Shown: in pieces, positions 37,723 to 46,889 of the stretch
How positions within the stretch are numbered: position 1 is the stretch's first letter
Layout: every line of letters begins with the position of its first letter
Sequence record: PZ386970.1
Direction: 5' to 3' (one strand)
From: a phage
Length of the DNA stretch: 64,000 nucleotides
Notes under the pieces: model-generated
Told to the model about the DNA's origin: nothing
Seen by the model: the letters and a program-made list of their open reading frames with translations, nothing else
Databases searched by the model: none
Position numbers and translations under genes: made by a program

Positions 37723-38301
37723 TTAATTACCACGGGCTGCATTAGCAACGGCGTAAGCGTACTGAACATTAGCGTCTTTAAATGTACCTTTAGAGGTATC
37801 TATTTCCGCCTTAAAGCCGCCTTTAGCCATTACATCGGCAAATTCTTTACGGAAAGCCATTGCGTCAAGACCTTTCCATGATGATTTATGCTTGGCAAAT
37901 TCAAGACCAGCGTAGTTGACAGCCTTAGCTAATTTATTATCAATAACCCATTTACCTGCTTTAGGCACAAACTTCGGACCTTTTTGTTTAGAGAACAGTT
38001 TTAAATTCCAACGACGAAGGTCACTGTCGGCTTTAACAAAAGCTGCATCTAAGTTACTAGCAACAACATCTTCAATATGAGCAAATTTAAGTCCGTCAAC
38101 TTCAATATTTAGATCGTTACGCCAGCGTAGTCCTTCCCAAGCGAAGGCTTTAAAATCAGAAGCTTTTGTGGCTAGATATCGTTCAAGTGGAGCAGTTTTA
38201 GGGTCAAAGCCGTTTCCGCCACGATAATTCCACTCGTCCTTATTAATGCCTTGGACTTTTCCTGCAAAGGCCTCGGCGATAAATTCTTTATACGTTTTCA
38301 T
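37723..38301 (-). CDS. Head internal protein (IP) with N-terminal capsid-targeting sequence
   Basis: 192 aa; N-terminus MKTYKEFIAEA matches the T4 IP capsid-targeting sequence (MKTYQEFIAE); Ala/Lys-rich. Confidence 0.8.
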   Translation of the reverse strand: MKTYKEFIAEAFAGKVQGINKDEWNYRGGNGFDPKTAPLERYLATKASDFKAFAWEGLRWRNDLNIEVDGLKFAHIEDVVASNLDAAFVKADSDLRRWNLKLFSKQKGPKFVPKAGKWVIDNKLAKAVNYAGLEFAKHKSSWKGLDAMAFRKEFADVMAKGGFKAEIDTSKGTFKDANVQYAYAVANAARGN

Positions 38302-38327
38302 TTTTGTTCCTATTGATTTAATTTATG

Positions 38328-38642
38328 TTATTCTTTAGGGAAGTTTTTAGAGTATGCATCATAAAGTTTATTACCAATACGGCGGAAGACTTTAGCTGCA
38401 AAACGGTTTTCAGGGTTTTTAATCATGATTTGCATCATGTAAGTTCCTGCATCCGAAAGAGCTTCTTCATAGTACCCATTAATTTCTTTAAGAGTCCTAC
38501 GTTTACCGCCAGGACCGTCAACAGTAATTTTCCATTTACCTGTAGAAGTGCGGCTCGGTGGCTCAACTTGTTCAATCCAAATATAACCACCTTCAACGCG
38601 TTGGTTGGCGGATTCTGCAATAAATTCTTTATACGTTTTCAT
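38328..38642 (-). CDS. Head internal protein (IP) with capsid-targeting sequence
   Basis: 104 aa; N-terminus MKTYKEFIAES. Confidence 0.8.
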   Translation of the reverse strand: MKTYKEFIAESANQRVEGGYIWIEQVEPPSRTSTGKWKITVDGPGGKRRTLKEINGYYEEALSDAGTYMMQIMIKNPENRFAAKVFRRIGNKLYDAYSKNFPKE

Positions 38643-38672
38643 TTTTGTTTCCTTGTTTGTTTTGATAGAGTA

Positions 38673-38702
38673 ATTATACCATATTAATACTTAAGCGTAA
38701 AC
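38673..38702 (-). promoter_or_regulatory. Early promoter (-35 GTTTAC, -10 TATAAT) upstream of IP gene 38328..38642
   Basis: Minus strand GTTTAC-N18-TATAAT. Confidence 0.65.
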
Positions 38703-38705
38703 AAT

Positions 38706-38966
38706 TTAAGCTTTACCGCCAGAAATAATTCCGAAGTTGTTAAAATCGTATCCAATATCGTCAACATCTACTTTAGGACTTACTACAACATAAGCAATTT
38801 CACTACGTTTTGCATAGGTGTTGATTTCTTTACCATCGCCACCCAAGAAAGAATACCCATTACGTTTTAATGAGCCAAAGTCTTCCGCATCACCAATGAA
38901 AGCTTTAACTTTAAATTTATGACCTTTGGCATCTGCTTCAGTGATAAATTCTTGATACATTTTCAT
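38706..38966 (-). CDS. Head internal protein (IP) with capsid-targeting sequence
   Basis: 86 aa; N-terminus MKMYQEFITEA. Confidence 0.75.
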   Translation of the reverse strand: MKMYQEFITEADAKGHKFKVKAFIGDAEDFGSLKRNGYSFLGGDGKEINTYAKRSEIAYVVVSPKVDVDDIGYDFNNFGIISGGKA

Positions 38967-38972
38967 TTTTCC

Positions 38973-39386
38973 TTAGTAAATTGATTTACCATAGTATTTG
39001 TACCAAGTCGGACGTTGAGCAATTTTTTCATCTAAGCGTGCTTGACTTATCGCAATGGACGCTTCGGACGGGACATAATTATTACGAAATTCGGCAGGGA
39101 TGTCGGAAATATCCTGGACAGTCGTGTCCTTGATTTTGAAACCACGTTTCAAGCATTCGGCGATTAGCTCGATTTGTCGTAAACGTAAAAATTCGAGTTT
39201 GTCGTAAAAGAATGTTACGTGACCTGTGCCTAAGATAAATGTTGGAGAGATTTTAAAATCCTTTACACGTTTACCGTTTTGAACATGTTTACGGACTGCA
39301 CCAAATACGCGTGGTAATTCACGATACTCGGCCATAAGATGTTGGTCGGTCAGTTCAGAAACAAGTGTTAAATTGATACGAGTCAT
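38973..39386 (-). CDS. denV: Endonuclease V (pyrimidine-dimer DNA glycosylase) DenV
   Basis: From [34 protein letters not shown], 138 aa; near-identical to recalled T4 DenV; GGAGGAA RBS. Confidence 0.95.
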   Translation of the reverse strand: MTRINLTLVSELTDQHLMAEYRELPRVFGAVRKHVQNGKRVKDFKISPTFILGTGHVTFFYDKLEFLRLRQIELIAECLKRGFKIKDTTVQDISDIPAEFRNNYVPSEASIAISQARLDEKIAQRPTWYKYYGKSIY

Positions 39387-39413
39387 AATTTCCTCCAAGT
39401 AGTTGATGAATGT

Positions 39414-39443
39414 ATAGTATCAAAACCCTTGGAGGAAGTAAAC
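39414..39443 (-). promoter_or_regulatory. Early promoter, PeSL-like, upstream of denV
   Basis: Plus-strand gaatgTATAGTATCAA…GTAAAC; precedes denV RBS. Confidence 0.65.
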
Positions 39444-39444
39444 A

Positions 39445-39726
39445 CTATTTTTCTGAAGCGCCTGAAATATATTTTTCAAGACGTTGTTTCATCAGCGAGC
39501 CGTTCTTAGCGATTTCTTCCGGTTTATCGCACATACGCAACAGTGCTTCAAGCTTAACGATATCACTGGTGCGCTCAAATTTGCGAGTATCTATCTTACT
39601 AGCAAGTTCAGAAATACGTGCTAATAGACTTTCGGCTTCGACCAAAGCTGCACCTAGCTTAGTTGCAAATGTGTCAGTAGCTTCGTTAAGAATAGATTCT
39701 GATAAAAATTCACTATATGTTTTCAT
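39445..39726 (-). CDS. Head internal protein (IP) with capsid-targeting sequence
   Basis: Start at [11 protein letters not shown] (93 aa); overlaps gene e stop. Confidence 0.75.
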   Translation of the reverse strand: MKTYSEFLSESILNEATDTFATKLGAALVEAESLLARISELASKIDTRKFERTSDIVKLEALLRMCDKPEEIAKNGSLMKQRLEKYISGASEK

Positions 39727-40211
39727 ATATACGCTTTCCAAGTTCCTGTTTTAAATGTTGAGATTACGCGTTTCGCGCGATTGGGTGTCTGACGATACCA
39801 TTTAGATTGGGCTAGATTTACTGCCGCCTCGTCCCAACGTTTCTGTTGAAGCATACGAAGAGAATTAGTAAAACCGGCGACGCCTGCTACACCCATTTGG
39901 AAGACCATATTGACCAGTGCACATCGACGAACCGCATCTAAAGAATCATACACCGGTTTAAGTTTAGCATTACCCAAGATTCCGCGAACGGCTTTATCAA
40001 CGTCTTCATTAAATAGCTTTTCAGCCTCATCAAGGGTAATTGTACCATTGCATTTACGACCGATCATTCTGTCAAGTTCAGCTTTAGCTACGGCTAAAGA
40101 CGGGTTCTTTGTTACTAAATGGCCTATGCCAATCGTCCAAAAGCCTTCAGTGTCTTTGTATAAAGTCAGTCTAAGACCTTCGTCATTACGAAGCATTTCA
40201 AATATATTCAT
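39723..40211 (-). CDS. e: Lysozyme (endolysin) e
   Basis: From [32 protein letters not shown]; near-identical to recalled T4 lysozyme (catalytic E11, D20, T26 context). Confidence 0.97.
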   Translation of the reverse strand: MNIFEMLRNDEGLRLTLYKDTEGFWTIGIGHLVTKNPSLAVAKAELDRMIGRKCNGTITLDEAEKLFNEDVDKAVRGILGNAKLKPVYDSLDAVRRCALVNMVFQMGVAGVAGFTNSLRMLQQKRWDEAAVNLAQSKWYRQTPNRAKRVISTFKTGTWKAYI

Positions 40212-40245
40212 AATACCTCCCACGTTTATAGGAGGTATTTATTAC

Positions 40246-40704
40246 TTATAGGAGGGTAGTGAGCACCTTATATAATGATTTGCCCATTACATATTCCCAT
40301 TGAGAAGGTTTAATTAAAGCGAATGCATCAAATTCAGGAATCTGTCGTCCGTCTGGGAATGTATGATAGGAATTACAAACACTGTTTCTGAATTGCTCGT
40401 GCTCTACAGGGATGGTATATAGGAACAGATGAATATTCTTATTGTCTGAGTAATGATGTTCACCTAGGTCTTTCAGGAAGGCAGGGTCATATTGTGTAAA
40501 CCCAGTTTCTTCTTCGCATTCGCGAATGGCGGCTTCAATAGGAGATTCGCCAGGTTCGACACGGCCTTTAGGAATATCCCACCGATGAGCTAAAGAACCT
40601 TTAGGACGAGAACCAGTTACACGCCCCATGAATAATTCTTTATCTTCGGTAAGGAAAATAATACCGGCTGATAGTTCTTTTACTTTATTTTTCTTACTCA
40701 TCAT
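40246..40704 (-). CDS. nudE: Nudix hydrolase NudE
   Basis: 152 aa; Nudix box GRVEPGESPIEAAIRECEEETGF. Confidence 0.85.
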   Translation of the reverse strand: MMSKKNKVKELSAGIIFLTEDKELFMGRVTGSRPKGSLAHRWDIPKGRVEPGESPIEAAIRECEEETGFTQYDPAFLKDLGEHHYSDNKNIHLFLYTIPVEHEQFRNSVCNSYHTFPDGRQIPEFDAFALIKPSQWEYVMGKSLYKVLTTLL

Positions 40705-40945
40705 CTCGGTCCCATGATTTGGCCATTAATTCAGACATAAATTCTTCAATGCGCGTTTCTTTAGATGGACTTTCACTATTAGAGACCGCAAGTTTGTAAT
40801 CTGCAATAGGACAGAACATATCAAGGTCCATATTAAGGTCGTCTTTGATTTTTTCTTCTGACACATCTTTATCGTATGTGTACAGATAACTATCACATGA
40901 TTCTGATTTAATGTAAATTGCTATACTCATCTCAAATTCCTGCAT
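40694..40945 (-). CDS. Hypothetical acidic protein
   Basis: 83 aa ORF. Confidence 0.45.
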   Translation of the reverse strand: MQEFEMSIAIYIKSESCDSYLYTYDKDVSEEKIKDDLNMDLDMFCPIADYKLAVSNSESPSKETRIEEFMSELMAKSWDRDDE

Positions 40946-41274
40946 TCAGTAATAAAACGTTCAACTTCGTTATTCTTGGCTTTTATCTTGTCTTTATGTT
41001 CTTGTAAACTACTTTTAATAAGATTAATAATGATGGCGGCGGTACCGCCGCCAATGATGCCACCAACAACACTTATGATACTAGATGCTAATAAGATAGC
41101 AATAATATCAACAAAACCGAAAGAACTCACCTTAGTACTAAAAAACCATACCGACGGTACAAATATAATCCATCCTGTTATCCATTGGCACTTATTGAAA
41201 AACTTTTCAAGCTCAGCTTGAGTTGTTCGTATTACTTCATCGATAGGTTGATATCCATTAATGTATCTATTCAT
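40927..41274 (-). CDS. Hypothetical membrane protein
   Basis: 115 aa; 2 TM helices. Confidence 0.5.
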   Translation of the reverse strand: MNRYINGYQPIDEVIRTTQAELEKFFNKCQWITGWIIFVPSVWFFSTKVSSFGFVDIIAILLASSIISVVGGIIGGGTAAIIINLIKSSLQEHKDKIKAKNNEVERFITECRNLR

Positions 41275-41275
41275 A

Positions 41276-41581
41276 TTATTTTCCTCGACATTCTTTAATG
41301 AAATTTTCTAGATTGGTAGATTCAATAGCTTTTTTACGAGCTTCTGCATGTTCTTCTTCAGACAATTTACATTTATAATTAACCCAGACATTATGGTCAA
41401 AACTAGTCGTGGCATATAATAACAATGCTCCAACGAATAACAAAAACGGCGATAAGAATACAAAACCAGGAACACCATCCATATCGTAAGCCTTTTGTAA
41501 TACTGCAACAGAAAGGGCTGCGTAAAAAGGTGATGCAAATATTGTTAAAAGACCAATTCGGTTGGTTTCGCCTAATTTCAT
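41276..41581 (-). CDS. Hypothetical membrane protein
   Basis: 101 aa; 2 TM helices; early promoter/stem-loop upstream. Confidence 0.5.
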   Translation of the reverse strand: MKLGETNRIGLLTIFASPFYAALSVAVLQKAYDMDGVPGFVFLSPFLLFVGALLLYATTSFDHNVWVNYKCKLSEEEHAEARKKAIESTNLENFIKECRGK

Positions 41582-41608
41582 AATATTCTCCTCATGTTTA
41601 ATAGGACT

Positions 41609-41638
41609 ACTATAACATAGTCCTATAATTGTGTAAAC
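41609..41638 (-). promoter_or_regulatory. Early promoter with stem-loop (PeSL-like)
   Basis: Plus-strand ATAGGACTACTATAACATAGTCCTAT then GTAAAC; precedes ORF 41276..41581. Confidence 0.7.
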
Positions 41639-41650
41639 AGTTTTGTGAAG

Positions 41651-42607
41651 TTATTTGAAAGGTTTTACCATATGGAAATTTTGTTTGAAACGTTTGACGT
41701 AATCATTTTTGCCGAGCTTATGATACATAGCCACTACTTCATAATAGTTCTCGTATGCGTACTCACGGAACCAACCGGAGGTGATGCTTGTACAGACTTT
41801 TTCTAATGCCATCATGAAACTGGCTTCAGGGTTAATTTTAAAGTCATTAGGAATCTGAGAACGTTCAAGAGCTAGTACACATGCTTCTTCGTATACACCG
41901 GCCAATTTGACCATTTCTGGTAATGATTCGAACTTCTCGCGTGAGGTCATGACTTCAGAACCATCTTTCATGTAAAATGTATAAGCCGGACGGTCTGTTA
42001 GTGCAATGGCTTCATGAATAGTATCATGGTCATATGTGTAGATGTCATCTTTAAAGAATGCGCTTTTAGAAGTGTCAAGAACTGGGTGAGCATAGTTCAA
42101 GGTTTCTTTCTGGCGTTTCAGCATAATTTCAGTAAGTTCATCATTCAGTGTAACACCTTTACCGCGAAGATACTGAATATGGTTCATAGTCTTTAAAAAG
42201 AATGGATTATTTTTCTTGAAACGATGAGACATCTTAATTGCAAGACATATCTCAGGAGTTGCCCAGTAAAACCCGTTCAAACGGTCTTTAGTCAAATTTT
42301 TCTTGGCGTATTTTAAAAGGTCATAAGAAGACGTGAAATCTTCAGGAGTGAGTTCACCGACTAATTCACGGACATTAGTGATTGCCGGAACGATGTATGC
42401 TTCAAAATGAGTTTCGCGTCCATTATGGAAGCATTTGAAAACTTGGACATCAGGGTTATCTTGGTGAACATATACGCCCATCATTTGATTTTTGAATGCA
42501 TTCCAAGAACCTTGGTCCGCAATAAAGTCCCAGTCACTATTTTTGATAGCGCTAGAATCAATAAGACCGTGATAGTGAAGTGCACGAGAACCAATAACTA
42601 ACATCAT
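41651..42607 (-). CDS. Hypothetical protein
   Basis: 318 aa ORF; no motif recognised. Confidence 0.6.
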   Translation of the reverse strand: MMLVIGSRALHYHGLIDSSAIKNSDWDFIADQGSWNAFKNQMMGVYVHQDNPDVQVFKCFHNGRETHFEAYIVPAITNVRELVGELTPEDFTSSYDLLKYAKKNLTKDRLNGFYWATPEICLAIKMSHRFKKNNPFFLKTMNHIQYLRGKGVTLNDELTEIMLKRQKETLNYAHPVLDTSKSAFFKDDIYTYDHDTIHEAIALTDRPAYTFYMKDGSEVMTSREKFESLPEMVKLAGVYEEACVLALERSQIPNDFKINPEASFMMALEKVCTSITSGWFREYAYENYYEVVAMYHKLGKNDYVKRFKQNFHMVKPFK

Positions 42608-42632
42608 AATAATTTCCTCGAATTTAGATTAC

Positions 42633-42872
42633 TTAAATTTCACGACATGCGATATTATATTCATCCCAGAGGTCATCGTGTGAAGCCTCTACCAATGGAA
42701 CGATTGTACCGTTTATGTCTTCATTATAAGGGCAAATTGTACAGTGCGCATCTTCGAATCGGATGCCTTTGTGTTCAGATTTTTTATAACGCATATCGAA
42801 TATCTTTGCAAACTTTTCACGAGTAATGGTTTTACCAACCACTTTGGTTCCGATACTTTCGTAATAAATCAT
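42633..42872 (-). CDS. Hypothetical protein (start at MIYYESIG with GGAG RBS)
   Basis: ORF-track frame 42633..42884, trimmed 4 codons. Confidence 0.5.
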   Translation of the reverse strand: MIYYESIGTKVVGKTITREKFAKIFDMRYKKSEHKGIRFEDAHCTICPYNEDINGTIVPLVEASHDDLWDEYNIACREI

Positions 42873-42900
42873 TGTGGACTCCATTTAATTTGATAGGACT

Positions 42901-42930
42901 ACTATAACATAGCCCTATCTTGTTGTAAAC
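42901..42930 (-). promoter_or_regulatory. Early promoter with stem-loop (PeSL-like)
   Basis: Plus-strand gATAGGACTACTATAACATAGCCCTATc then GTAAAC; precedes ORF 42633..42872. Confidence 0.7.
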
Positions 42931-42934
42931 TGTT

Positions 42935-43132
42935 TTAGCAAGAATAACTAGATGATACCCAGCCTTGAACAGTAATACTATTGTGGGATAATGAGATCGC
43001 GTCCTGGAGATTCAGACCTGCGTTATCTTCAATCCATAATGTAACTTCTTCGCGTTCTTCTGTTGCAATTTGGAACAGGTTTTCCAGAGCAGCTACTGCC
43101 GTACGTACAGCACAATCTAATTCACGAGACAT
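42935..43132 (-). CDS. Small acidic protein, member of a tandem paralog family with conserved C-terminus (QGWVSSSYSC)
   Basis: 65 aa; C-terminal G-W-V-S-S-S-x-x-C shared with the two upstream ORFs. Confidence 0.5.
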   Translation of the reverse strand: MSRELDCAVRTAVAALENLFQIATEEREEVTLWIEDNAGLNLQDAISLSHNSITVQGWVSSSYSC

Positions 43133-43141
43133 AATATTTCC

Positions 43142-43414
43142 TTAGCAAGTGTGAGAAGATGCAACCCAACCGCCATCTTCAAGGCTCAAGTTGTAGTCGT
43201 ATTGGTGAACGTCGGCCCATTCAGGATTACCATGTTTAGTATGATGTTCAAGGTCGGCTTTAAGATAACCTGGTGAATGATAGGTTCCGCCCATACCATA
43301 TGCCGGATACAAATTAAACGTGGTGTTTTGTTTATCAGCAATTTCTTTGGCTGCCTCAATAGCTGCATAGATTTTTGCTACAGCTTCAGCCAGTTCAGTT
43401 TGTTCTTTAGACAT
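43142..43414 (-). CDS. Small acidic protein, tandem paralog family member (…GGWVASSHTC)
   Basis: 90 aa; N-terminal MSKEQ…; conserved C-terminal motif. Confidence 0.55.
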   Translation of the reverse strand: MSKEQTELAEAVAKIYAAIEAAKEIADKQNTTFNLYPAYGMGGTYHSPGYLKADLEHHTKHGNPEWADVHQYDYNLSLEDGGWVASSHTC

Positions 43415-43423
43415 AATGATTCC

Positions 43424-43729
43424 TTAGCACAATGCAGAAGACGAAACCCAAGCACCTTCAGTAATAACGTAACCATTACCTTCACGCTTAACATCGCCAC
43501 CATTATTTTCAATTTCATCTTTCATCCACTGGGATACGATTTCACCCTTAGGATAATAAGTACGACCGCTACCATAATCACCTACAGAAAATGATACGGC
43601 ATATTGGTCTGCGATCTTTGTTGCTTCTTCTTCGATACGTTCAGCTTGATTCAGAAGTTTATAAATTGCATCTGAAGCAGATTTGGCATCATTAAACTCT
43701 GGTACTTTAATTTCAATAATCTTACTCAT
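43424..43729 (-). CDS. Small acidic protein, tandem paralog family member (…GAWVSSSALC)
   Basis: 101 aa; N-terminal MSKII…; conserved C-terminal motif. Confidence 0.55.
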   Translation of the reverse strand: MSKIIEIKVPEFNDAKSASDAIYKLLNQAERIEEEATKIADQYAVSFSVGDYGSGRTYYPKGEIVSQWMKDEIENNGGDVKREGNGYVITEGAWVSSSALC

Positions 43730-44085
43730 TTTCTACATTCCTTAATAAAGTTTTCGATTGTTTCATTTTCACGTTTAGCTAGGAGTTCATTATAACTAAT
43801 CATTTGAGAAGCGTAAACCTTTTTATTTTTCTTGTTATGGTTTATAAAATCGTAGTAAAAATAGACTACAGTACAAAATGATGCGATGGATGCAAAGGCT
43901 TGGGTATACCGTAAGTCCTGCCATTGGTCTGTGAATCCACTGGTATTCCCTATAAATCCTAACACAACTCCGTCAATAAGAAATCCAACTAATCCAAAGG
44001 CAAATCCCATGCCAATACTCATAATAAAAATTAGAATGTTCTCACCAAGAGAAGGCCATACGGTTAAGAGTTGAGGCTTTTGCAT
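43726..44085 (-). CDS. Hypothetical membrane protein
   Basis: 119 aa; 3 hydrophobic helices. Confidence 0.5.
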   Translation of the reverse strand: MQKPQLLTVWPSLGENILIFIMSIGMGFAFGLVGFLIDGVVLGFIGNTSGFTDQWQDLRYTQAFASIASFCTVVYFYYDFINHNKKNKKVYASQMISYNELLAKRENETIENFIKECRK

Positions 44086-44489
44086 CTTATTTCCTTAACG
44101 AATTCCATAGCTTCTTCATATTCATATTTTTTAACAGCCTCGTCATATTGAGCTCTTGCTTTTGCACATTGAATTTTCCATTCGCGTACTCGAGCTCTGT
44201 GATGACGGCCTTGGTACCAATATCCTGCCCAATTAATAGGCATTAATAAAAACGGTACAATAAGTGGTGCGACGAACATTAATGAAAACGCTGCATCAGA
44301 CGATATAACTTTATTGGAATCTAAAACAGCTCCTATAATCATAAAGATTAAAAATGCTAAAGCTAAAATAGGACCAAACAACACTTCATTAGGAATTAAT
44401 TTACGTTTGTATTCGTACGCCCAAGGCTTAATTGGCATGTATAGGGTTGGCTTTGACATATTCTCTACATTCCATAATAAATTGCTCAA
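44064..44489 (-). CDS. Hypothetical membrane protein
   Basis: 141 aa; 2-3 TM helices. Confidence 0.5.
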   Translation of the reverse strand: MSNLLWNVENMSKPTLYMPIKPWAYEYKRKLIPNEVLFGPILALAFLIFMIIGAVLDSNKVISSDAAFSLMFVAPLIVPFLLMPINWAGYWYQGRHHRARVREWKIQCAKARAQYDEAVKKYEYEEAMEFVKEIRCKSLNS

Positions 44490-45030
44490 GGATTAAATTG
44501 TTAGTGAAATTAGGACTAACAACCATGGTTTCATAAAGCGCATCAATAGCACTTAAAGCATCAACTCTTTTAAGCAAAGGCTTGCCTTCATACATAGTTT
44601 CAGAATCAACGATTAAAGTGAAGTAGTATTTTTTATTATCGACTAGAACTTCTGTATCGATATAAAACATATTAGACCTCAGAAGTTTATCTCTAAAGCC
44701 TACATAATCATCTGAACGTTCACTGATATATTCCCATTCGGTGTTTAAACAACAAACAGACCATGTAGGAGCAACGAAATCAGTGAATCTAATATCATGG
44801 TCTGCAACTAGTTTAGCAATAGCTCCGATATCATGAATCATAATACCTGGGGCTAATAAAGATTTTCTACTATGGCTAGCCGTTTTCTCAGTAGTCTCAT
44901 AAGAAGACGACCAGTACCATTTACGTCCAGTTGCAACATATCGTAATGAATCAACTAAAGACGTAGGTGGATTTACCTTATCTCGGAACTCTTCGAACAT
45001 TGAGTCAATATCATTATTTTGGTTTCGCAT
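44428..45030 (-). CDS. Hypothetical protein (start at MRNQNNDID with AAGGAG RBS)
   Basis: ORF-track frame 44428..45051 trimmed to the RBS-supported ATG immediately after a terminator hairpin. Confidence 0.55.
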   Translation of the reverse strand: MRNQNNDIDSMFEEFRDKVNPPTSLVDSLRYVATGRKWYWSSSYETTEKTASHSRKSLLAPGIMIHDIGAIAKLVADHDIRFTDFVAPTWSVCCLNTEWEYISERSDDYVGFRDKLLRSNMFYIDTEVLVDNKKYYFTLIVDSETMYEGKPLLKRVDALSAIDALYETMVVSPNFTNNLILEQFIMECREYVKANPIHAN

Positions 45031-45053
45031 GTTAACTCCTTTATTATCCAAAA

Positions 45054-45075
45054 GGAGGACCGGAGTCCTCCGTAT
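45054..45075 (-). terminator. Terminator-like hairpin between ORFs
   Basis: GGAGGAC-(UCCG)-GUCCUCC followed by UUUUGG on the minus strand; T-rich on plus strand as well. Confidence 0.55.
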
Positions 45076-45079
45076 TATT

Positions 45080-45673
45080 TTATTTCAAAGAGTTAATATA
45101 TTCTTGTACATCAGCAGAAGTGGTTTCGACACCGGCTGGAGTGCCATTGAACGTTTCAACACGAGTCAGAGTGTCTTCGATATCAACCTTAGTCAGTGCA
45201 GCGATTTCAATTACATCATCAGCCGTAGAGATACCAAGGGCATTGGCTGCTCGAGTTTCACGAATGTATTCGAGTTTGATTGCCAGGTTCTGACGAGCAT
45301 CGTCAAGTTCAACCACCTTACGAGCAATTTCAATTCGCATAGCGGCATACCCGTCAGCTTTTGTATTAAGTTGTTCGGCAGTTCGACGATACAGAAGACC
45401 AAGCTTAGCATGCATGGTAACATCTTGTCCTTCAGCCAGGAGCTTACGAATTTCACGTTCCTTAGAAGCGGCTTGCTTGTTCTTTTCATTAACAAGTTCG
45501 CGAATACGTTTTTCTTCATTAATAGATTTAACAGAAGCCGTTTTTAGTTCTTTGATTTGGGTAATCAACTTATCTGCAGCTGCGTTATACTGTTCTTCGA
45601 CAGTCAGATTTTTAGCCATAGCAGTACCCAGTTTAGTGCGGATAAATTCAACAAGTTTCTTCAGTGTGTTCAT
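45080..45673 (-). CDS. Coiled-coil protein (possible PspA/IM30-like), start at [10 protein letters not shown]
   Basis: ORF-track frame 45080..45715 trimmed; long amphipathic coiled coil (…[44 protein letters not shown]…); PspA resemblance is a weak impression. Confidence 0.5.
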   Translation of the reverse strand: MNTLKKLVEFIRTKLGTAMAKNLTVEEQYNAAADKLITQIKELKTASVKSINEEKRIRELVNEKNKQAASKEREIRKLLAEGQDVTMHAKLGLLYRRTAEQLNTKADGYAAMRIEIARKVVELDDARQNLAIKLEYIRETRAANALGISTADDVIEIAALTKVDIEDTLTRVETFNGTPAGVETTSADVQEYINSLK

Positions 45674-45743
45674 ATTATTACCTTTCAATTGGTGGTTTAT
45701 TATCCATGAGAGCATTATACTCTGCTCTCAGGAGTTTGTACAC

Positions 45744-45992
45744 TTATTTGTACGAATTAATAATCTCTTCCATTTTATCCAGAACATGGATATCGATTAT
45801 ACGAGGAAGTGCCGAAAGATTAGAACCGTCGAAAGATTTAAGGTCTTCCAAAATAATATTTTCAATGGCTTTTAAAGCTTCCGCAGATTCTGATGCAGAA
45901 TTAAATTCAGGAATTTCTCCAAAAAGACGTAAGAATGAACCAAAGTATTCTGCGGCGATTTCTTTAGCTTGTTCGATATCAGACTTAAACAT
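45744..45992 (-). CDS. Hypothetical acidic protein (start at MFKSDIEQAK)
   Basis: ORF-track frame 45744..46025 trimmed to the RBS-supported ATG. Confidence 0.45.
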   Translation of the reverse strand: MFKSDIEQAKEIAAEYFGSFLRLFGEIPEFNSASESAEALKAIENIILEDLKSFDGSNLSALPRIIDIHVLDKMEEIINSYK

Positions 45993-46049
45993 TTTGTTTT
46001 CCTCATTTGTTGGTGGAGTAATCATATCACCATCCTTGGCGTTTGTACA

Positions 46050-46277
46050 TTATTTTTTAATCAAATTGACATAAAACTTGGCGTCTTCCGGGTGCATGCC
46101 TTCGCAGTATTCTTCAACCATGAACTTCTTAACAGCTTCATAAGGACCACTCAGATTAAGCTCAGTTGTCCAGAACTTGGAATCTTGGACTGAATCGATA
46201 CGAACTTCAGGGTGACGATTGCGAATAACTTCTTCGGTGTATTCATAATCAACGACATCAATACTAACTGTAGCCAT
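46050..46277 (-). CDS. Hypothetical protein
   Basis: 75 aa ORF with upstream promoter element. Confidence 0.5.
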   Translation of the reverse strand: MATVSIDVVDYEYTEEVIRNRHPEVRIDSVQDSKFWTTELNLSGPYEAVKKFMVEEYCEGMHPEDAKFYVNLIKK

Positions 46278-46305
46278 TTTGTTTTCCTCTTGATTTGATG
46301 TGATT

Positions 46306-46335
46306 ACTATAACATAAACTTACTTAGATGTAAAT
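46306..46335 (-). promoter_or_regulatory. Early promoter-like element (-35 ATTTAC)
   Basis: Plus-strand tgattACTATAACAT…GTAAAT; precedes ORF 46050..46277. Confidence 0.5.
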
Positions 46336-46488
46336 TATTTCAACGTCACCTTTAGCTGCTTTATAACCTTCGGCCCAAGATACAACAGAGTTTTTATCTG
46401 AGGATTCAAATTCAGGCATTGGGCTCTCGCCAATATTCACACAGTATGTTTCTTCGTTTTCATCGAACCAAATAATTAAAGTAGTCAT
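46324..46488 (-). CDS. Hypothetical small protein (54 aa, below ORF-track cutoff)
   Basis: Manual translation MTTLIIWFDENEETYCVNIGESPMPEFESSDKNSVVSWAEGYKAAKGDVEIIYI; AGGAG RBS; upstream promoter element. Confidence 0.35.
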   Translation of the reverse strand: MTTLIIWFDENEETYCVNIGESPMPEFESSDKNSVVSWAEGYKAAKGDVEIIYI

Positions 46489-46517
46489 TTTGTTTACTCC
46501 TCTGTAGTTGATAAGTC

Positions 46518-46546
46518 TATAGTATCATCATCCTTTTGGCTTGTAC
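46518..46546 (-). promoter_or_regulatory. Promoter-like element (-35 TGTACA, N17, -10 TACTAT)
   Basis: Plus-strand gataagtcTATAGTATCAT…TGTACA; precedes small ORF 46324..46488. Confidence 0.5.
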
Positions 46547-46555
46547 ATCATTATT

Positions 46556-46861
46556 TTAATTTTTCCAACTTAACAACTTGTAGTATCCTTCATTCGTACG
46601 AGGTTTATCCCAAGAAATACTAATATATGATTCGCTATCAATAGAAGTCGCCGGGTTTTTCTCTACCGTAAGACCTTCACTTTCCAGCCATTCAATAGTA
46701 TTTGCGCATAAATCAGAAGAACACCTCATCGGAAACCGGCAAGATTTTTCACCTTTAGCTGCAGTGTTATACATCTTTTCTAAAATACGCTTTTGCACGT
46801 TTTTAAAAATAGTTTCAGCAGATTCTTCAGATTTTTTATTCAGTTCAGTATAAAGACTCAT
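46556..46861 (-). CDS. Hypothetical protein
   Basis: 101 aa ORF with upstream promoter element. Confidence 0.5.
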   Translation of the reverse strand: MSLYTELNKKSEESAETIFKNVQKRILEKMYNTAAKGEKSCRFPMRCSSDLCANTIEWLESEGLTVEKNPATSIDSESYISISWDKPRTNEGYYKLLSWKN

Positions 46862-46889
46862 AACATTTTCCTCTGTAGTCGATAAGTCT

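Noticed and set aside
25810-46550. Recurrent TGATGTACAA motif as a separate regulatory element (for example a MotA-box analogue)
   Set aside because: In some instances TGTACA sits 17-18 nt upstream of a -10 hexamer and is better read as a variant -35; in others (27803) it is directly adjacent to an RBS. It does not match the recalled MotA box (TGCTTtA). Not resolvable by eye.
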